From NCBI GenBank assembly GCA_964036045.1, contig OZ038378.1:168516001-168580000 (forward strand): 64,000 nt of DNA, read 5' to 3'. This document shows, in pieces, positions 36,001 to 48,770 of this stretch. The notes beneath the pieces are model-generated. The model did no database searches, was not told the origin of the DNA, and saw only the letters and a program-made list of their open reading frames with translations. This DNA is from Eutreptiella sp. 'Long Island Sound 2002'. Lineage: Eukaryota; Protista; Euglenida. Numbering within the stretch: the first letter of the stretch is position 1; every line of letters begins with the position of its first letter. Made by a program: the position numbers and the translations under genes.

Positions 36001-38248
36001 GATTCTGCAAGCCAGTACTTTCCTGTTGCAGTGCCACACCTTTGAGGCCAGCAGCCAAAGACATGTATACAAATTTACGGCAGCGGCGCCGTGAGTTGTA
36101 CGGCGGCAGTGCCATAAAAGTGCTTTCTTGTACCCAGTGGACTATGCGGGTTCCCCAAATTCTCCATCTCCGCCCTACCTCGGACCAGGGTTTACTTGTG
36201 GTTCATCGTAGGGCAGTAAAACAATGGTTTGTTGCTGTTCGTCATTGTTCGCCGTTGTTTGTCGTTGTGTGTTGTTGTTCTTGGTATCACAAATGGATCC
36301 TATGGAGCATTTGGTGGACCAAAATTATGTTGGTTTGAAAGCAAATAAACATATGTAGCCACACACTGTGCAGGGTGGCTCATTGCTTACCAAACCGTGA
36401 CATAGGAACAAAAAAAATTGGACACGGTGATCTTGGGCCGCCACCTAGAGTTGCCAGCAAGGAGGCACACTATTTTGTAATATGCTCCTTGGCAAATGGC
36501 CTGTTGTACACGGTTCGACAATAACAAAATCAAGTCAACAGCATCATCTTTCACGCGGATGGTATTCAAACGACTGTGCAAAAGATATGGTGTCCATGGC
36601 TATAGATCACTGTTAATGACGATGCCAGTAGCAATGCGTGGCACAGAGGCAACTGCACAGTGCCAGAGACTGCCCGCAGCACTGTGTGGCAGTGTGCTAG
36701 CTGCAAGCGTAGCCGTGTGCCGCTTGCCACTTGCACAATGTCAGAGAGTGCGTGCTGCATAGCGTTAGAATGTGCTTGTAGCACCGTGTGACGAGGTGCC
36801 TGCTACACGGCACCACGGTGTATCAATTGCACGGCAAGACAAAGGCTTGGTGCGCTATGTGATGGAGTGCCTATAGTACAGCCAAACAGAGTGCCTGCTG
36901 CACATCATGACAAAGAGCCTACCGCACAGCATGGCGGTGTGCCTACTGCACAGCATCGCAGGGTGCTAGTTGCATAGACCTGAACCCGCGGCTCAACTGG
37001 ACTTGTGAAGTTGAGGCTTAGTTGAGGGCTACAAAGGCTCGTTTAGGGCTAAATGGTATTTTTCAAGGGAGTTAATGTCAAAGTTTATGGCTTTCGGGGC
37101 TTGGGAGGGGTTTTAGGATGTCCCAAAACTGATTTCAATCCCTACTTCAAGGGGGCTTGACAAGGGTACTTTTTTTTTGACGGCTCACTTGACGGAACAA
37201 CTTGACTGAGCCGTCATTGAGCAGCTAGTGAGCCGACTCACTTAGCTGTGACAGAGCTCTCACTGAGAGCTAAGTGAGAGGTTTGGTGCTCTCAGTGAGA
37301 GCTAATTTGAGGCTCACACAGGGCTCATTTAGCACTTTCCCCCGTCTTTCCTCTCTATGCTTGATCCAATGTGTTTGACTGCATATACTTTCTCCAGGTG
37401 GTTCACATTTTGCCCGCACTGTTTACACCACATCTGATCTTCATCTCTAATTTGACGAACCACCTGCACGCTTTTGTGGGGTCATGTGTTTCCCAGGCAC
37501 TTGTGGCTTCCTTGTCGGAGCATTGGATACATCTGCTTGTGATGCTAGCACATCTATCTCGGGAGGGAACTCAGCTGGTGCTTTGGGTGGCATTGCTGTT
37601 GGAAATGAAATGGAAATGGAGAGGACAACATAGAACACAGCAAATGCAGAGGGTGACAGGGGAATGACAAAGGGAAACGGCAGAACAAAAAACTAAGGTG
37701 GTTTGTCGTGGTTCGTTGTGGTTCGTCTTTTGCACTTTTCTAGTGGTTTGTCGTTGTTCGTCGTTGTTCGTTGACAAACCCTGCTCAGACACTAGAAAAG
37801 ACCCTGCAAATGACATGGCCTCCCTGAGGCAGGCTGTTACTGTCCACACCGTCGTCTTGTTCTTTGATCATGTTGATGCTTGCTTGTGGAGAGGTGAAGA
37901 GAAAGGAAAGGGGGTGTAGTCTCTATTCCTCCTTAGGGGGGTCAAGTCTCCCTGCTACCTAACTGCTTCCCCTGCCGTATACGGCGGTGGAACCGTAAAT
38001 GTTTATAGCGGTGGCGGCGTAAACATTTACGTTAGAACTATGCCAAACCGCCTGCCACCCCCGTTTTGGCATTCCCTACACTTAATGGAAATCTCTGTGG
38101 TGTTTATAGCACTTTTCGCACCCTGGCGCCCCACGTTTACGGCGCTATGCGTGTGCACAGAGCACCGCAAGACCACCCGGCAACGTACAAAAATCCATCC
38201 CGCCTCATCCATCCGATGGTCAAATCCTGGGTGTATTGCAGAGCACCA

Positions 38249-41200
38249 CACAACGGTACACGTGCTAGACATACCAAGCCTGCCAGGGATGGGCGTCTTA
38301 GGACGCTGCCCTGGTTGCTTAGCCTGGGGCTTGGGAGGCTGCTGCTGTGCAGGTGCTTGCTGTGCCCCTCGGCTGTTTGCACGTTGAATTTGCTCCAAGA
38401 TCAGCTGCTGTTGTCTGCAGAAGTAGTTTGAATTGGGGCCCAGAGGTTTGGGTGGAGATCAATGCATGCGGCTGCGGACTGACTGCCCTACCCTGGGGTA
38501 GCCAGGGGTGGCCCAGATGTCACACCACGACGACAGCTGCAGCCATACCTGAGCGTAACACCTGCTGAGGCAGGTGTCGGCAGGTGTCAAGAATTCTTTC
38601 GGCAGGTGTCGGCAGGTGTCAGGCATTGCAGTGGCTATTGCTAGAAACCACACACAAACACACATACCCACCAGCACACAAGCGCGCGCACACTCAGAGG
38701 GAGGGGTTGTTCCTGGGGTTGTGGGGACTGGGGACTGGAGACTGGGTGCTGGTTATCCACCCGATGGCCCTGATTGAAAATTGGCAGCACGGTCTCAAAT
38801 GCCTGTGACAGAATGTAGACCATGCTGAACAACACTTCCACGCACACCACGCAATCCAGCGCGCACACACCTCAACTCGGCAGGTGTCGGCAAGTGTCAA
38901 GAATTCTGTTGGCAGGTGTCGGCAGGTGTCATCAATGTTTTTGGCAGGTGGTGGCAGGTGTCAGCAAGTGTTTCAGCAGGTGTTATGCTCAGGTATGGTT
39001 GCAGCCCCTGGCGCTGGTGTGTTCACAAGGATGTGGCCCCAGAATGACAGCTTGTGGGAAAGGGGAGTGATTGCCCACCATATCGTGTGTTTGGGCTGGG
39101 GAGAAATTCAAGAGCCTGCGGAGGGGAGGGGGGTGCCCAATCGTTCGAGCCCCTTTTCCAGAGCCTTCAAATCTCGGTGCACGGGCACATTAGTCAGGGA
39201 TTCCTGGTTGTTTTTGTTGGAATCAGAGCATCCAAGAATACATCTGCTTGGGCAGCCATCTTTCCCAAGACGTATTGAGGGACTCAGCCGATCCATGCAC
39301 ACCAACACCACACCACATGTGGTTCAACTTTGGTGTTGTGTATGGTCTGCACTGTAGTGTGCGTGGTGGTACTCCAAGTGGCAAATAGGGGTCTGCAGCC
39401 CGCCACAATGCATTTCGGAAGGGCTATGGCAACTCACTGCGACAAAAGATTCTGAGCCTTTGCTTGTTGCCTTTGGCATGGCGTTAAACACCTCATGCGG
39501 TCCCTGCAAACTTCTTCAGAGGGGCCAAATCAATCACCGCTTGCTCCTTTGAAGGTCCACCGAGCGTCTATTGCGCTCCACCGTTTCAGGAGGAGGAGTG
39601 AGCAGGATTCACACAGCATGAGGAATCAACCAGATTCCTGTGGTTCAGATGCTTCCCCCGACCTCTGCATCAACCAGAGATCTGCATGGTTTCCACCTCT
39701 CCTGCCCCAAGGTGGCAAAAAAATTCACAGCCCAGCCTGTGCCACGGTCAGGACTGTGTCCTTGTCGCAGCCTACCCCTGAAGAGACTTAAGGGTCAAGA
39801 ATGGAAGACGCCGAAGGGATATGATGCGACCGGCAAGATTTGCTGTCAAAGAGCCATTTGATTGCTTCTGACTACATAAGATGTCGGAGAATTGCCTGAA
39901 ATGGGGCCCAAAATGGCCCCAAATCTGCGCAGTTCGGCACAAACAACCTGAACCCAAAAATGGGTCACATAGCTCCTTGGCTCAAAATTCTGCCTTGTCG
40001 ACGCCCCACTTTTTGTGGTTTCCATGCCTAAGAATAGCCCAAATAGATGCCTAGACCCCCTAATAGGGCGCTAGGACCTGCGGCGCACAGAGCCCAAACC
40101 AACCCGGGCCGAAAAAAGTCCACTGGCGGTCTCTGGGGGCTCCCAAGTGCCGTATCTCAAAATTGTTCTCAGACCAATGGGGAACCTCAAACAAGAGTTT
40201 TGAGCTGATTTTGAGCCTGCGGTGAGCCTGCGGGCCCTTCCAAAATCCCATAAAAGTCTTGAAAATAGGTGGATTGGGGACCGAAACAGGGCCCAAAGTT
40301 GGTCAAAAACGCAGTTTTCACAAAGTGTTTCGACATGCTGGGAACGTGTTGAAGAGTTTTAGCACGTAGTGACCACGGGCTCGACACGGCTGAAAACACT
40401 TGTTTGAGCATCGCAGCACATCCACATTCATTTTTGGAAAAAAGCGTTTTTGATCCATTTTGGGCCCTGTGTTCATCCATAAACAGCCCATTTTCAAGGC
40501 TTTTTGGGACTTTCGGAGGGCCAACATGGGGGCCACCATGTGTCCTTGCTGTAGCCCTGTGTTTCGCTTTTGCTGCAGCTTCCAGAGCTCTGCGAAGGCC
40601 TACAACATATCGTCACGCAGCCAGAAGTGGCCTGCCATCGCGACTGAAGCTGAGAAGCGGAAAACCCCTTTGACAGCTGGGAATGAAGCTACCCATTATG
40701 TTGTGCACAGGGGTTTGGTGGATTTGGACAGAGTCCGAACGCCCCACAGGTCAGCGAAAGAAAATGGTCAAGATTGCTGAACACGATTCCCCTATTCTTC
40801 GTATTCGTGGTTCACCAGAACGGCCTTTTGCATTGCACACCCTCAATCAGGATCGCGTTCAAAGGTATTCAAAGCGAAAGAACATCAGTACACACAAAAT
40901 TCATCTCATCAGAGGAGGGGGGCGAGTCAGCTATGTCAGTCCGGCATTCGAAAACGCCAACCCCATAGCCATTGGAGGGAGGAGGATGACCATGTGAGGG
41001 ACAAAAGGTGTCGAGCGGGTGCGATGCTTTCTTCAGCTTCAGCATGTTCTCGCGGCAAGAGTGACAAGGACAGAGCGCTGAGATGGATCACTGGTGGTAT
41101 ACCTCCGTTGTTCGTCAGTGACCTGCATGTCATCAGCACCTGGAGGAGGTCGTTGGCCTGCCTGCTGCTGCTGCTGCTGCTGCATTGCAGCGTGCCGTGC

Positions 41201-44200
41201 TTGTTGCTGGGCTATATACTGCTGCTGCTGCTGGGCTGCCTGCTGCCGCTGCTGCTGGGCTTGCTGTGCTAGTTGACGATTGCTCTGGGGCTGCTGCTGC
41301 TGCTGTCGTGCAGGCTGTGTGTGCTGCTGCTGCTGCTGCTGCTGCGAAGCATACTGCTGCTCAGCAGCAAGCTGCTGCTGGGTGGCATACTGCTGTTGCT
41401 GTTGTGCAGCTGCTGCCTCAGCCGCCATTTGGTCCTCTTGCATCAATTGCAGGGCCATCAGTCGGTCAGCACTGACGGAAAAAGAGAGAGGGATGCATTG
41501 CTCCTGTTGGTACTCGACCTTACACCCCACCCTTCAACAACGGCAAAATTATGCCATGTTGGATAGGCGCCACTGATTACCTACTTCGCCCGGTTTGGGT
41601 AGAATTTTTTCGTTTTGCTTTTTTTGGTTGGACACTTGCTATTTCTCCCGTTCTATTCACCATTTCGCCTGTTTCAGGGGGAATTGCCATTTCGCTGGTT
41701 TCTTTTGCGGGGGCTCCAATCTATTGTGTGTGTTTTGTCGAAAGGGAGCCAGTGCCCACGGGCACCGCCATTTCTCGACACTGTACCCTTACACGCAGAT
41801 TTTCGTGCCGGTTTCAAGGGTAGCATCTGGGAGGCTGGAGGGGCGCAATGTCGTGGGCATGGGGGCACAAGGGGACTCGGAGGCCTTCCATAAGAACGTT
41901 GTGGGAGCAGCTGATGTGGCTCCAACGCTCATAGGATCAAGAGAAATTGCTGTGCGTGCCAGCCAGTTGATGCGGGAACCGTAAATGCAGTCCACCATGC
42001 CCGCTGGAGCGGCTGGGCATGATTCTGAATGAATGGGCTGCAGTATCTGTTTGTTGACCCAGACGTTGAAAACTAAACTTCTGACTCCTGGGCATCTCAT
42101 CATTAGTTTACGGGGCTTCATTTTTCGTTGTGAACGGCATGCCGCTGGAGGCAAACACTGGGCAAAGACATACGCCTCTTGTTCGCTCACCTCTCTTGCT
42201 TCCGCAGGGGGCTTGGGCCGTGGGATCACGAAATCACTGTTCACAAAGATATTGTCTCCATCAATCTCGCAGAGTTTCTCCCAAACCACCGCTTCGTTCA
42301 TGTAACCCACGTCAGTGACCAGGGAGTAGAGCTCCCCTGAGAGCCAATGAAGGCGTCGAGGGGCCATAGAAACGATTTGCATGGGAGCGGCTGAGGGCAG
42401 GAGTGATCGTGTGGTAGGAGCAACATTGGGGAACCCATTGAGGATGCAAGGGCGAGTAGTATTTAAGTCAGATATTAGCAGTGAGAAAAACGGACAACAG
42501 TGGACACGCGCACAGGAATGCCGCCGGCCAAAACCTGGCAACGAATGACTTGGGGCTGCAGGAGGCCGTAAAAAGCTCTGAGATAGCAGCAAAACAGCAC
42601 CCCTTGTGCAACCATCCTGAGGCCGGTTCCCATACGCAGTCGCCACAAATGTTACGGGAGGACATTGGATGCCCAACTGCATATCCCAACTGCAGGTGTT
42701 GCAAAACCTCTTGGTTCACAAGGGCCAAAATGACTGATCCCTGTAACCAGCCTCATTGAGGAGAGCCATTTTTGTCTCTACTCCGCCAGATATTCTGAAG
42801 GCAAAATTTTGTCCAAAGGAATGGCTATACTTCCCAGGCCAACTCCCTGCCCAAACATGCCTGAATTGAGGGGTGTCACCAAACGCATGGGCGACTCGGA
42901 ATCCCTGAGACATTACCCCCAAGCCTCTGGGCTCAACTGGGGAAAAAAAAGAACTCGTGCCCCAGGTTCTCCCAACCCTAGCACCCAACTATGTCTCCAT
43001 AACATCAGCAGCAGGAGCAAGTGCGACTGTAGTGCAATCCGGTTCTGTGCAGCTTGGGGCGGCACTCGCCGAAGCTGCTCGAGCGGTTGATGCTACATCC
43101 CTCACCGCACGTTGTCGAACCACTAGGCGGCGTGGTCATGTATCCACGGTAGGCGCCTCCGCTCGCCCAGTGCTTGTTCTCCGCTGTGCCTGCACCACCT
43201 GGCTCCAGTGTAACAAAATTCAGCACAGAGATCTTGAATCTTTGAGAAAATAGGAATGTACGCTGAAAATATGCTAAAACCACACTGAAATGTATAAAAT
43301 TCGACAGCAAATTTCATTCGGCTCTGTGCCTCCTCCCATGGTTTGTGGATGGGATGACCAGTGGTGTTCGCTTTCAGGCTTTTGTAAGGTGGCAACCCCA
43401 TTGGCGACCCATAAGCCAAGCGGGTAGGCTTCATTGGGACGTGCAACAGGCAGTGCCCATGGAGGGGACAAATGGTACATACCCCCCGTCCCCCCATACC
43501 AGCAGTGGTTACTTCGTACATTCATACGTGTGAACGAACAAATGGGCTCAAAAATAGCAAAACTGTCGCAACAATTTTGTGCTTATAAAGAATCGTTTCC
43601 AAAAATAATTCAATGCATGGATGGCCATCGCACCACTCACATAGATAGGATTGCAAAATGTTGCAGAAAGATATGGAACGGTCCATAACCATGGACTCCC
43701 ATCCCCCAGATGGAATACTTGACACAGTACAGTGTTGCGCCAATTCATCCCCCTCCCATCCCCCGCCGTTCCATGCTTGAAACCCATACTTGTTTTTCGG
43801 GTGATTTTGAGTGGGCACGGAGAGTGTGTCAAACATCATTTCTTGAGGGTTGGTTGTTTCTTGTGGCCCTTGCCGTTGTGGGGAACACCAAAGCTTTCCC
43901 GCAACATAATGGCAAGTAGTCAATCAAGCAGGCACGTATAGTGGAAGCCCACAACCTCACAAATCTAGCCAAGGATTTGCCGTTAAAAACACGAACCAAG
44001 CAATGAATTGGACGCAAATGCGCGAACGTTGTATTTCCACAACAAGAAACATAGATACCTTGGTTCTTAAATAGCGTCGAAAAATGGTTGTTGCGGAACA
44101 AAACACAAAGTTCCAACTCTCGGACGTCTTCGTGCAACTTCTGCAACCCGTGGTATGTAAGTTGCCCAGCAGATGCTTGGAGGAAATTATCGATGACGAC

Positions 44201-47200
44201 ACCCTCGTGGATGATTTTGTCGTTGGCCTCCTTCTGCTCGGGAGTTTCCTAAAATCCAAATCATAAGCGACACGATGTTTCCGTTGCGATTTTGGGTGTG
44301 GGGTGATTTGAGGTATAATGGAAAGAAGAAGAAAGCGCCCGTGGAGGAAACCACAAACACCAAGGAGCCATGCATCATCCATGGGTTTGTCCCCCTTCCC
44401 TCCTCGCACCTCTTTCTTTGATCACGGTTAATCCCCCATGCAGCCACTTTGCTTTGAGGACGCGTGTTCACCATCACTTGAGGCCGAAACCCATTGCTCT
44501 CTTTTCCGGGCATCATCAGTATTGGGGCCAAAGCGACAAACATGTACTCTAGCCACCAATCACATTAAACTTCTGTGAGGGTCCTTCGGTTGGATACGTT
44601 TGAGATGCGGATATGGATGCGTACAAGAGTCAAGTGACTAACAAAAAGCTTGGGACGGAACATCGAGATCAAAATTGTTTCGTACACGCACAACAAATAA
44701 TTTTTCGAAGCAAAACTCAAGTGCGTCTTGCCCATTGAAACAAAGCAAAAATAATTGTGGTTGCCGTGCACGGGACAAAGCCATTTAAATCCCTCTCGAG
44801 GGACCAACCTTGGTGATGCTAAAAAAAATGGTGGGATGGCAAACATTTTGGGTCACAAGACTTTTTGGTTTTGGATGTTCATTTCTCTGCAAGCTTCGGA
44901 GCCGCTTTCGAAGCCACTTCCGCTCGAAATCGAGGGCCGGGGTGCGTCGGACAAGTGGACCTCCACCTCCGGCAACCATAAGGTGCACCGCATAGCAAGA
45001 CCGCTTGAAGAAGGATTACCTCTTTGCCATGCGCGGTTAATTTCTCGCGTTGGTCTTCGACATCGCGCATTTTGATGATACACTCCACCAAATGATTGTA
45101 CGAAAGCTTCCCTGATGAAGAAAACTTATGGGGAGCGCCGATCCGTCTACGTCAATTGCCCAACGCGATGTCACCACTTTGCCACCCCATATGGCCATAT
45201 CCTTCCCATTTTTTTATTTGGCACCACCCAACTACGTACCCTTCGTTAACGAGGGTTAAATCCACGCGTGAATTTGGCCTTTTTTCCGTGTTTTGATTAC
45301 CGCGTGGTGCCATTGTGGTTTGTTGTGCCGTTTGCACAAGAATGTACGGATTAGCGACGCCCAGCAGTGCAAACAACAACATTTGAGGCACTTGAGAAAA
45401 ACACCCCCGTGAACTAAGCGTGAATAGAGCGTGAAAGGGGGTGTGAATGGTCCGTTCACGCTCCGTTCATAGCGGTGTTTTTCTCAACCGACCCAGATGT
45501 CGTTATTTACACCTCTAAGCGTTGCCAGCCCCTACGGTCCCGTGAAAACGGAACGACAAACGACACAGTGGCACCAAGCAGTGAGTAAAACACGTTAAAA
45601 AGAGGCCAGATTCGCGCGATCATTCAAACGACCAGTTCACGAAGGGTGCAGCACCAATGGCACTTGGAGTCTCCAAGCTTCCCTCGATTGCCGGCGACGA
45701 ACCACAAAGCGAGTGCTCGGAACCGCGCTTGCAATGGATAGATCCTTTTGATCCCCCCACCTCACCCTACCCCACCCCCAATGGTTGGCCTTCGCGGGCT
45801 GAGTTGGCAACAGCCGGCCGAGTTGACGGATTGGGCCAAACCTCGCCGGCCGGATGGGTGGGCGGTTGGCCTAGCTAGACCTTTTGAAGAACTACTCTTT
45901 GCGTTGTCGGGTGAAGGCAATGAAGGCAGCAAGCACGAACGGTCAGCAAGACGACACAAAAGACCAAAGACACTTTTGGAACGCACACGCTTTTGGAACT
46001 TGACGTCGTGGTCGGGCTCGGCCCACACGCTCTTCCGTAGGCCTGAACCCACTTTGATCGTCCCAATCAACTCAACTTAGCAAGGTGTTGGTGCCTAGTG
46101 CAACTCTCACGTGCAATGAAACCGCCCACTACTATTCCATGGGACGCACAAAGGAAGGGTGCGCTTGCTTTCGCTAATTCCCATTCCAAGTTCATGTGTC
46201 GTTCACGGGTCTGCATAGCAAAATGTGGAACACGCACAGAAGAAGGACACAATGCTACACAACCAATATACATGCAAGACCACAAACTTTTGAGGCGCAA
46301 GGTTCTTGATGATCACTACCTAATCTCTAAGGTTGTGAATGCACTCTACTTTGCGCCCTTGTGGTCCACTATCCTCCCAATTTTTGGGTTCGCTTGAGGC
46401 TCATTAGGTTCCAATCGGACCTAGACCTTGAGACCATGGCATGCATGCATGGTGTCCGCAAGAATGTAATGTCCTTCGAACCACGAAAACAATAACGACC
46501 GCAAACTTGCAATTGGTTGTCGCGAGACTTCCGCAAGTTAGTGTGTCGAAAAACCACTTTGGGTCCCTTCAAGACATAGTGCACGAGCATTGGCATCGGG
46601 CGCATACCGACAACTTTGGTCGTCGCTTCATCTTGTTCATCAAGGAGCCAACCATGAACCAACCTCATGTTCAATAAGTCGAACACGAGTTGGTTTTGAG
46701 TAAACTCGAAGTCGGTTATTCTAAGGCGTGAAAAACGAAAGTGACTTGAAGGATTAGAAAACGACTGACAAACTTTCAAAGGATCGAAATCCAAACCGAG
46801 CGCAACATTGGCACCTAACGAATCGCAACATACGAATGGAACTTCACGTTGACGTCGAGGCCATATTGGAGAGTGGGCATGAATTCGATGACATCTGAGA
46901 TAGCGCCATTTGATGTGCCACTTCCGTGCACGCTTCCTTATTCGGAACTGGCATGGGACCCAAACCCGCAACCCAAACCGGACGAAGGGCGTGTAGCTCA
47001 ACTCTTGGTGCTTTCGTTGCCCTAGGACATTTATTTGTAGATACGTGGAAGGGTGAGCATACCGTTGAGGTTGCATTGGACGTTCTGATTGTCTTGTCCC
47101 TGTGGAAAACGAGAGGACTCACAAAGCCGGTAAAACCGACGGCATAGACATTCAATGACGCGGCGTAGCACGTGTTTCGCAACACGTCTTTCAAGGGTGG

Positions 47201-47550
47201 TGCATTGGCCACATGTTAGCACAAGTGTGGAACTGGCGGCAAATAGAAGATCATACTACAATATTGGCGTCGACCAAATAGTCGCTAACGATGTTGGACA
47301 AGTAATCGAAGGTGACCATATTGTAATCTTGGTGGATGTTAAGCACCCCCCTCAAGAACAACACGTTGCAGATTGCAATAAGGGGACACGGCCCATTGAC
47401 ATTCTGACAGATGATTGGAACCGATCTGCCCCGAAATCCGATACGCTTTACCCTGTGAAAAGGCAGCGGTTCGACAGTAAACTACGCATAATTTTTGGCG
47501 TTGAAAAACTTTACGAACCTGTATGTTTTCGCCTCATCGGTTTCCGACAT
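38249..47550 (-). CDS. MINDY1/2: MINDY-1/2 family K48 deubiquitinase (FAM63-like), 10 exons, with MIU-like motif and polyQ tail
   Basis: Phase-consistent GT-AG exons: 47550-47519, 47452-47257, 47099-47063, 46894-46834, 46720-46608, 45111-45020, 44248-44059, 42336-42174, 41471-41103, 38414-(38275 donor or read-on). Peptide shows CQNVNGPCPLIAICNVL, GLDVNVKF, DFEFT...FDLL..RLVHGWLLD, GKLSYNHL, GQLTYHGL, FRNNHFSTL, LYSLVTDVGY, VWEKL..IDGD..FVNSDF, ADRLMALQLMQE. 3' end uncertain. Confidence 0.93.
38536..39005. mobile_element. MITE-like element with 33-bp terminal inverted repeats and subterminal ggcaggtgtc repeats, in a MINDY intron
   Basis: gctgcagccatacctgagcgtaacacctgctga (38536-38568) is the reverse complement, with 2 mismatches, of tcagcaggtgttatgctcaggtatggttgcagc (38973-39005). 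Confidence 0.75.
41140..41420 (-). repeat. CAG-rich polyglutamine tract within MINDY exon 9
   Basis: (ctg)n runs on the plus strand in frame as QQQQQ. Confidence 0.9.
45239..45646. mobile_element. MITE (cccttcgt..aa TIR family) in a MINDY intron
   Basis: ta|cccttcgttaa at 45239 and ttcacgaaggg|tg at 45636-45646; subterminal sequence resembles the 54591-55015 copy; internal perfect 14-bp inverted repeat at 45392-45405/45474-45487. Confidence 0.7.
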
Positions 47551-48755
47551 CTGAACGCACGGGACGGGTGTAGTTGCCTCCTGAACGCACGCGCGCGTAC
47601 GCGGCCGGACCCAATGCGACCGGGAAGGGCCGCACAGGGAGCAAGTCGCGTACCGGTACTGTAGTACAGTACGACAGTACGAGCGTAAGTACTTAATGCT
47701 GTATGCTCCCCACTTTGCTTTGTGACCATTCTTCCCTAGTCTTTTTCAAGATGTGGTGATTATGACCATCTCTTTGCACCCCCACCCCCAAAAAGAGCAC
47801 CCAGGTGAACAAGGGGGGCTGTACTTGTAGTAGTAGTACTGCAAGGGTTTTGCAAGTGGACCCCAAGGAGTTGGTGGGAATTGGTGGTCAATTTGTTTGG
47901 GATGTGTGCAAATTGCACGCAAAGTAGTGCTTGCATCCCCACCTTTTTGTACCAGTGAACCCTCTACCTTGGGCCGGTTGGTTTTTGAACACACAACGTG
48001 CACATTGTTTCCGTTGTTTCTATAGCTACGGGCAACCGCCTTTGTGTTGCTTGCATGTCTTGTGCCCGCTGACGAGTTCTCCTGTACTTCAAGATTGGTA
48101 CGTGAAGTGGTGATGGCTTGCGAAAAAGAATATAAGATGATCAAAATGGCTACCTCCTTGATGGGCATGGCGACCCTCGTATATGTACCATGTGGATTTG
48201 GAAAATCCTTGCACCATGCTGTCGTTTTGCTCCATGATTTTTGATTGATTACTCCGTTTGTATTACTTTACAACCAGTTGAGAGGCTCTAGGTCTTGGGA
48301 GGGCAAAATTGTGCACTCCGAAAGCGCGAAAAATCGGCCCACGCAATCGCTTACACTTACCTGCTTCCCCAAATATACGGCATTTTCAAGGGTCCGCAAT
48401 TTCCCTTTTTTCTGGTTCGCGAACCCCCTCCATCGGGTCGAGGGGTCTATCCTTGTTTTTATTGCAAATGTTTTTCGATGTCGTACGAATGGTCCTTTAC
48501 GTACTTAAGAATTATGTCGTGCTTTCTTATTGCACCACCTAGTGGTGGAGGAGGGTGGTATGGGCATATTGTGTGGTCGCCGGGTTTGCTTGTGCTCCTT
48601 GTGACATTGCGTGCGAAGCCGGTCGAGAGTGTGCAACTACCGCCGAACTACGAGAGAAGGGAGTGCACTCCGTGCCCGAGAGTAAGATCGCCTCCGCCTT
48701 TTCTCATGGGGTAAAGAAACCGTGCTTCCTCGTGCTAGCATCCGACCATGCTAGA

Positions 48756-48770
48756 TGTCTATTTTTTTCG
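48756..48770 (+). other. Relic resembling the 3' part of the euglenid spliced leader
   Basis: tgtctatttttttcg, preceded by ctaga; the Euglena SL exon as I recall it ends CTGAGTGTCTATTTTTTTTCG. Not followed by GT, so not an SL RNA gene. Confidence 0.35.

Noticed and set aside
46501-46540. KSRDNQLQV as the MINDY GKLSYNQL exon
   Set aside because: A better exon (GKLSYNHL, 45111-45020) with correct phase and splice sites exists.
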